A stretch of DNA of 64,000 bases from Longimicrobiales bacterium (lineage in GTDB: Bacteria; Gemmatimonadota; Gemmatimonadetes; Longimicrobiales; Gaopeijiaceae). The stretch lies in contig CBDDCX010000008.1 in NCBI GenBank assembly GCA_965226375.1, positions 416,001 through 480,000 on the forward strand. The letters run 5' to 3'. Position 1 is the stretch's first letter. Each line of letters begins with the position of its first letter. Shown one piece after another: positions 58,769 to 64,000 of this stretch. A program made the translations under genes and the position numbers. The notes under the pieces are model-generated. The model had not been told where the DNA came from and did not search any database. It worked only from the letters and a program-made list of their open reading frames with translations.

Positions 58769-59359
58769 ATGAGATCACTGCACCGGCTAGCCGCGATGGT
58801 CGACCGGCTCAACGATCGCATCGGTGCGGCCATCCAGTGGCTCGCACTTCTCATGGTGCTGGTCGGTGCGTTCAATGCCCTGGCGCGATATGCGACCCGG
58901 TACACGGGCGTTGCCCTCAGCTCCAACGCCTACCTCGACCTGCAGTGGTACTTCTTTACCCTGATCTTCCTTCTCGGGTCGGCCTACGGACTGAACCACG
59001 ACTACCACGTCCGGGTCGACGTGCTCTACGCCAAGCTGGGGCGGAGGGCCAAGGCCTGGGTGGATCTACTCGGTACCGTGCTCTTCCTGATCCCCTTCTC
59101 GGTGGTCATGCTCTGGGTCTCATGGCGGCCCGTGTGGAACAGCTGGGCCATCCGGGAGACCTCGCCGGATCCGGGAGGGCTTCCGAGATATCCGATCAAG
59201 GCCGTCATTCTGATCGCGTTTCTCCTCCTGCTGTTGCAGGGGATGAGCTATGCGCTGAAGCAAGCCACCATTCTATGGGGACCGGAGCCGGAGGACGGAT
59301 CCATTTCAGGTGCGGATGACCCCCTGGACGGCTCAGGCGTCTTGGAGACGGAACGCTGA
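58769..59359 (+). CDS. dctQ: TRAP transporter small permease
   Basis: LQWYFF, HVRVDVLY, SPDPGGLP. Confidence 0.9.
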   Translation: MRSLHRLAAMVDRLNDRIGAAIQWLALLMVLVGAFNALARYATRYTGVALSSNAYLDLQWYFFTLIFLLGSAYGLNHDYHVRVDVLYAKLGRRAKAWVDLLGTVLFLIPFSVVMLWVSWRPVWNSWAIRETSPDPGGLPRYPIKAVILIAFLLLLLQGMSYALKQATILWGPEPEDGSISGADDPLDGSGVLETER

Positions 59360-60657
59360 TGGGCGACGTCTGGGGTCCCATCATGTTCCTGGGGGTCTTG
59401 GCCCTCATCTTCACGGGATACCCGGTTGCCTTCGCTCTGGCGGGGACCGCCCTCGTGTTCGCCCTGCTCGGTACATTGGCCGGCGACTTCGATCTGATCC
59501 TCCTTCGGGCGCTGCCCGATCGAACGTTCGGGGTCATGTCGAACTACACGCTGCTGGCCGTTCCCTTTTTCATCTTCATGGGCACGGTTCTGGAGAAGTC
59601 CCGCCTGGCCGAAGACCTGCTGGAGACCATAGGAATCCTGTTCGGGCGCTTCAGAGGTGGATTGGCTCTGGGGGTAATCGGGGTCGGGGCACTGTTGGCG
59701 GCCGCCACCGGAGTGGTGGGGGCGTCCGTGACCGCGATGGGTCTCATCTCGATGCCTGTGATGCTCAGGAACGGATACAAGGACGATCTGACACTCGGGG
59801 TCATCGCGGCGTCTGGAACCCTGGGCCAGATCATCCCGCCCAGCATCGTTCTGATCGTGCTCGGGGACCAGATGGGTGTCTCGGTAGGCGCGCTGTTCCA
59901 GGCAGCCGTGATCCCCGGGGTCATCCTGACCGGGGCCTATGCGCTCTACGTGGTCGGTGTGGCGGTCGTGAGACCGGAAGATGCGCCAGCGATGGCGGAA
60001 GCCCGCAACGTGCGAGGCCTGGAGCTCGCCCGCCGTGTCGTAGTCTCTCTGATTCCGCCCCTCGCGCTGATTCTCGTGGTCCTCGGAAGCATCTTCGCCG
60101 GCGTGGCCACGCCGACGGAGGCCGGCGCGCTGGGTGCCGTGGGGGCGATGATGCTGGCGGCGGCCGGTAGGCAGTTGTCCATGGACGCCCTCAAGGCCGC
60201 CATGAAGGACACCACCCGCCTCACCATCATGATCACGTTCCTGCTCATCGGCTCGACCGTATTCACGCTCGTCTTCCGTGGTTTGGAGGGTGATCTGTGG
60301 ATCGCGCACATGCTGTCGAACCTTCCCGGGGGCGCCCTGGGATTCCTGTTGATCGTGAATGCCGTCGTCTTCGTTCTGGGATTCTTCATCGACTTCTTCG
60401 AGATCGCCTTCATCATCGTTCCGTTGGTGGTGGCGCCGGCACAGATACTGGGCATCGACCTGACCTGGCTGGGAATCGTCCTGGCGGTGAACATCCAGAC
60501 GTCCTTCCTGACACCGCCCTTCGGATTCTCTCTCTTCTACCTCAGGGGGGTCACGCCCGCCCATATCTCCACCGAGCGAATCTACAGAGGGGTCGCGCCG
60601 TTCATCGTCATCCAGCTCGTCGTGCTGGCTGGGCTGATCGTCTGGTTGTTGAGGTGA
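59359..60657 (+). CDS. dctM: TRAP transporter large permease
   Basis: LLAVPFFIFMG, SGTLGQIIPPS, TPTEAG, SFLTPPFG. Confidence 0.93.
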   Translation: MGDVWGPIMFLGVLALIFTGYPVAFALAGTALVFALLGTLAGDFDLILLRALPDRTFGVMSNYTLLAVPFFIFMGTVLEKSRLAEDLLETIGILFGRFRGGLALGVIGVGALLAAATGVVGASVTAMGLISMPVMLRNGYKDDLTLGVIAASGTLGQIIPPSIVLIVLGDQMGVSVGALFQAAVIPGVILTGAYALYVVGVAVVRPEDAPAMAEARNVRGLELARRVVVSLIPPLALILVVLGSIFAGVATPTEAGALGAVGAMMLAAAGRQLSMDALKAAMKDTTRLTIMITFLLIGSTVFTLVFRGLEGDLWIAHMLSNLPGGALGFLLIVNAVVFVLGFFIDFFEIAFIIVPLVVAPAQILGIDLTWLGIVLAVNIQTSFLTPPFGFSLFYLRGVTPAHISTERIYRGVAPFIVIQLVVLAGLIVWLLR

Positions 60658-60715
60658 CGCTCGTGTCTCCGGGCTTCGACCGCCATTCGTTACGGCCCGG
60701 CATGCGATTCGACAC

Positions 60716-62221
60716 ATGACCGGCACCGTGCCGTTCCGGGAACGGACCAAGGAAGCGATCTCCCGGGCTGCACCGTACCTGATCATCGTCGTGCTCGGCA
60801 CGGCGGTACGTATAGTCTGGGCCGGCCATGTCGCCCCCTGGTGGAGTTCGGTGGACAACCTGGTCTGGACCACTGTGCTCAACGCCTCGAGCCCGGGTAT
60901 CCGGCTGGATGAGCTCATTCACTATCCCCACCAACCGGGCACACTCCTTTATAGCCTCGCCGCCTTGGCGCTTCCGCCCCAGCTAGGCGACTGGCCGGCC
61001 TTGAACGTTGTGAGCCTTTGGGTCGAGACCGGGATGCGACTCGGTCTTATCCTGTGCGCCCATTGGGTCTTTGGGCGGCGAGTGGCCTTGCTCTTCGCGC
61101 TGTGGACCATCATGGCCACGCCACTCATGCTGGAGTGGTCCGTGATTCCTCACGGAATGCACGCCAATGCTGCGTTGTGGCCTCTACTGGGGCTTGCCCT
61201 GATCCGCGCGGGGGACCGCATCGACGCGGTCGCCGTAGGCGCTCTCTGCGCCGCATCACTCTTCTGGTCCCTGGACAACGCCCCGTTGGTGTTGTGGGCT
61301 TTCGGGTACACGGTATGGATCGCACAAGATCGGGGCCCGACCATCGTGCGGTACACAGCGACGTTCGCACTGGCGCTGATCCCGCTCGTGCTTCTTCGCG
61401 TTTATGGGGATCTCGGCTTCGACCTCCAGCAGGCCGGCCCAACCTGGATTCGCGGCATCGACCTCTCTCTGGGGTCCACCGTCGGCAACGTACCCAACGT
61501 GATCGCCGTGTGGCTCCACGCGGTACCAGGCTCGAGCTTGATGCCCGGGGTCGGGCTACGAGTCGCGTGGGCGAGCCTCGTCTACGTGGGAATCGTGATC
61601 GGACTGCTGCGAGCGAGTTCGCCGGAAGCGCGTTGGGGTACCGGCTTACTTTTTGCCTTCGTCTCCCTCTATGCGCTGTCGCCTGTCTACGAACCCGGTG
61701 GGGGGCACAAAACGGGCATCGCCTACCGGCACTTGGCGTACATCTCCCCATTGATGGTGCTTCTGGCCATGAGAGGCTGGAGCGGGATCTCCAGGCGTGC
61801 CGGCAATGGCATCGCGGCCGCGATCATCGTACTCGGTATCGGAGCGGGAGTGACGAGCTACTACCTGGCGAAGCCGGAAGCCCGCTCCGCGGCGGAACCC
61901 GTGGGAACCGTACTGGCCTGGAAGTTCGGGCACGACGTGCCCCGTCTGCTCGCGCTACTCGACGCCGCACCCCTTGGCGTCGATCCCTTGATGCTGGAGG
62001 GAGTGGGGAGGGGGTACGCCAGCGCAATCTTGCCGACCGGTGATATCGCGGCGCTCGTAGCGAAGATAAGCGAGCATCCCACCGCGCATCACGAGGCGCT
62101 GAAGCGAGGCGCGTTGCTCGCCTTCGACCCGGATTTCACGCCCCGGTCCCCTGCGGAACTCCTCTCTGAGGTCCGCAACGCTTTGGATCTGGTCGGCAGA
62201 CCGACGAGGGAGCTGCCGTGA
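60716..62221 (+). CDS. Polytopic membrane protein, possibly GT-C glycosyltransferase-like
   Basis: Many TM segments, N-terminal acidic loop, YRHLAYISP; family not certain. Confidence 0.55.
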   Translation: MTGTVPFRERTKEAISRAAPYLIIVVLGTAVRIVWAGHVAPWWSSVDNLVWTTVLNASSPGIRLDELIHYPHQPGTLLYSLAALALPPQLGDWPALNVVSLWVETGMRLGLILCAHWVFGRRVALLFALWTIMATPLMLEWSVIPHGMHANAALWPLLGLALIRAGDRIDAVAVGALCAASLFWSLDNAPLVLWAFGYTVWIAQDRGPTIVRYTATFALALIPLVLLRVYGDLGFDLQQAGPTWIRGIDLSLGSTVGNVPNVIAVWLHAVPGSSLMPGVGLRVAWASLVYVGIVIGLLRASSPEARWGTGLLFAFVSLYALSPVYEPGGGHKTGIAYRHLAYISPLMVLLAMRGWSGISRRAGNGIAAAIIVLGIGAGVTSYYLAKPEARSAAEPVGTVLAWKFGHDVPRLLALLDAAPLGVDPLMLEGVGRGYASAILPTGDIAALVAKISEHPTAHHEALKRGALLAFDPDFTPRSPAELLSEVRNALDLVGRPTRELP

Positions 62222-63282
62222 AGTCTGATTGGACTCTTCGCCCGTACGTCGCAGGTGATGAATACGCAGCGGCCGCACTGTTTCGAGACGTATTCAGCGC
62301 CGAAATGACGGCCGAGGAACACCGCTGGAAGTTTGCAGCTGACCCTTGGCCGTACCGATCCGCCAACGTTTGGCTTGCCGAGTCTCAAGGGCACGTCATC
62401 GGCCAATTCGCCGGTGTGCCGCTGAGATTCAAGCTCGGCGACCAGCTCTTGGACATTGTCCAGGGCTGCGACGTCATGACGGCCGCCAAGTACAGAAGAC
62501 GGGGCCTGCTCGGCGCGCTGGGCCAGGCCACGCTGGGCGCCTGGAAAGGGGATGGCGTACCGTTCTTGATCGGTCTCGACAACGACGCCTGGGGTTCTCG
62601 CAAACGATTGCTGAACTTGATCCCGCAGTTCCGAGTCGCATCGCTTTGGAAGCCGTTGCGGCCCGAACGCTTGCTTGCCGGCCGGGTGCAGCTTCCGGGG
62701 ATCTTGACCCGACTGCTTTCTGTTACCGGACTTCCGTTGCAGGTGGCCGAACGAGTCGCGGCTATCGGAGTGGGCGACATCGAAGTGCAACCCGTCGAGC
62801 AAGCGGGTGTCGAGTTCGACGAGCTGTGGGAGAAGCTCGGGCCGAAACTCGAAGCCTCCGTGGTGCGGGATCGTGCCTGGCTCGCCCACCGGTACTTTGC
62901 AGCGCCCGACCGGTCATACCAGGTCCTGTTGGCCAGAGGGGTTTCCGGACCCGCCGGATACCTCGCTTACTACATCTCCATAGACGGAGATCGCAGGCAG
63001 GGCGTGCTTGCCGACCTCTTTTTCGCCGGTGGCGATCGAGCTACCGGATACGCGCTGGTCTCCGCGATGCTGACCTCGCTGCGCGCCGTCGGAGCGGACA
63101 GTGTCCGGGCACCCCTGGTGTCGAGTCCGGCTTGCCTCGGCGTCCTTCGTCGCATGGGCTTCATGAGAACGCGCGAGGGTTATACGATCGTCGTTATCCC
63201 GCTCGCCCATGAGTCGCCCGATCCGGCGCTCGCCGACCCGAACCGCTGGTTCGTCACGGCGGGTGATTTCGACATTGGCTGA
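62218..63282 (+). CDS. GNAT family acetyltransferase (tandem domain)
   Basis: DVMTAAKYRRRGL acetyl-CoA motif, RDRAWLAHRY, GDFD end. Confidence 0.85.
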   Translation: MKSDWTLRPYVAGDEYAAAALFRDVFSAEMTAEEHRWKFAADPWPYRSANVWLAESQGHVIGQFAGVPLRFKLGDQLLDIVQGCDVMTAAKYRRRGLLGALGQATLGAWKGDGVPFLIGLDNDAWGSRKRLLNLIPQFRVASLWKPLRPERLLAGRVQLPGILTRLLSVTGLPLQVAERVAAIGVGDIEVQPVEQAGVEFDELWEKLGPKLEASVVRDRAWLAHRYFAAPDRSYQVLLARGVSGPAGYLAYYISIDGDRRQGVLADLFFAGGDRATGYALVSAMLTSLRAVGADSVRAPLVSSPACLGVLRRMGFMRTREGYTIVVIPLAHESPDPALADPNRWFVTAGDFDIG

Positions 63283-64000
63283 TTCCGGCCTCGGTTCGGA
63301 GGTCCGGCGATCTGCCCAGAGATTGATCTCGGCTGCCGTCACACCGTGTTGGTCATGGCTGCTGAAGGCGTGTAGGCCGTTTTGGCAGACCAACCCGACG
63401 GCGCGACGCTTTTCTCCGGAGTCGGGCAGGGTCGTAATCATATCTCCCCACCCCGACGACGAAACCATCGGCGTGGGTGGAGTAGCAGCGCTCTACGTGC
63501 GAGCCGGTGCTCACGTGACGGTGGTAGTGGTCACCGATGGAGGGGGCTCACGAGCCGGGGGGCTCGCATCGGGAGAGATGATCGCTCGCCGGACGGCCGA
63601 GATGGAATCGGCCATGATCGAGCTCGGAGTCGAGTCGTTGGTCCACCTGCGGGCTCCTGAACGTCAGGCGGACAACGCGACCGTACGAACGGTGCTCGGG
63701 TCGCTGGTCGCCGACGCCGACATCGTGTACTCACCCTCGTGTATCGACTTCCATCCCGACCATCTCGACGTGGCTTCGGTCGTTGCCGATGTCGTGCGTG
63801 ATCGTCATTCGGTTCGAATCTACGAGATCGGGGTTCCGTTGACGCCGACGCTCGTGAATCTCGTCGCCGACATCTCTTCGGTCCTCGATCGGAAGAGGGC
63901 GGGCGTCGCACGGTTCGAGACCCAGGCCGGAAATTTGGCTCCACTCGTCAGACTGGAGCGATACCGCACAGCGCTCTTCGGCGTGGAGCCCTCGGAGGTG
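63275..64000 (+). CDS. PIG-L family deacetylase, runs off window end (absent from the ORF track)
   Basis: Own translation from TTG 63275: SPHPDDETIG, VTDG, DFHPDH, IYE; open to 64000. Confidence 0.88.
   Translation, partial: MADSGLGSEVRRSAQRLISAAVTPCWSWLLKACRPFWQTNPTARRFSPESGRVVIISPHPDDETIGVGGVAALYVRAGAHVTVVVVTDGGGSRAGGLASGEMIARRTAEMESAMIELGVESLVHLRAPERQADNATVRTVLGSLVADADIVYSPSCIDFHPDHLDVASVVADVVRDRHSVRIYEIGVPLTPTLVNLVADISSVLDRKRAGVARFETQAGNLAPLVRLERYRTALFGVEPSEV

Noticed and set aside
59248..60918. Long antisense and alternate-frame ORFs (also 6816-8216, 27883-29241, 56715-57827)
   Set aside because: Shadows of well-supported genes, expected in high-GC DNA; no motifs.
1..64000. Mobile elements, prophage, defence systems, rRNA/tRNA
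   Set aside because: No transposase, integrase, phage or nuclease motifs seen, and no intergenic sequence resembling structural RNA genes.

Overview
GC-rich, gene-dense bacterial chromosome segment with about 56 genes. Gene content (PadR plus ADOP/MacB-like permeases, TonB-dependent receptors with carboxypeptidase-regulatory-like N-domains, choice-of-anchor B and LVIVD-like propellers, many secreted M24 peptidases) suggests Gemmatimonadota or Acidobacteriota; this is inference only. Exported peptide and amino-acid processing dominates: four M24 peptidases, an M1 peptidase, DmpA, a Tat-signal alanine racemase and a Tat-lipoprotein D-amino-acid oxidase with permuted motif order. There is also an ethanolamine-type permease/ALDH/ADH cluster, an ECF sigma/anti-sigma/TBDR module, an orphan pilin/HD-GYP/lipoprotein operon and a cstA/cory-CC-star/arsA/TRAP cluster. 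Strongest leads: (1) an in-frame TGA at 11166 followed by a SECIS-like hairpin and about 70 more open codons, a candidate selenoprotein of unrecognised family; (2) a sigma-54 promoter with enhancer-like sites driving a leader of two identical 112-bp units ahead of htrA; (3) a periplasmic D-amino-acid module. Four frameshifts and two apparent internal deletions indicate assembly error or gene decay. No rRNA, tRNA, CRISPR array or transposase was seen. All calls are by eye from motifs; no searches were run.
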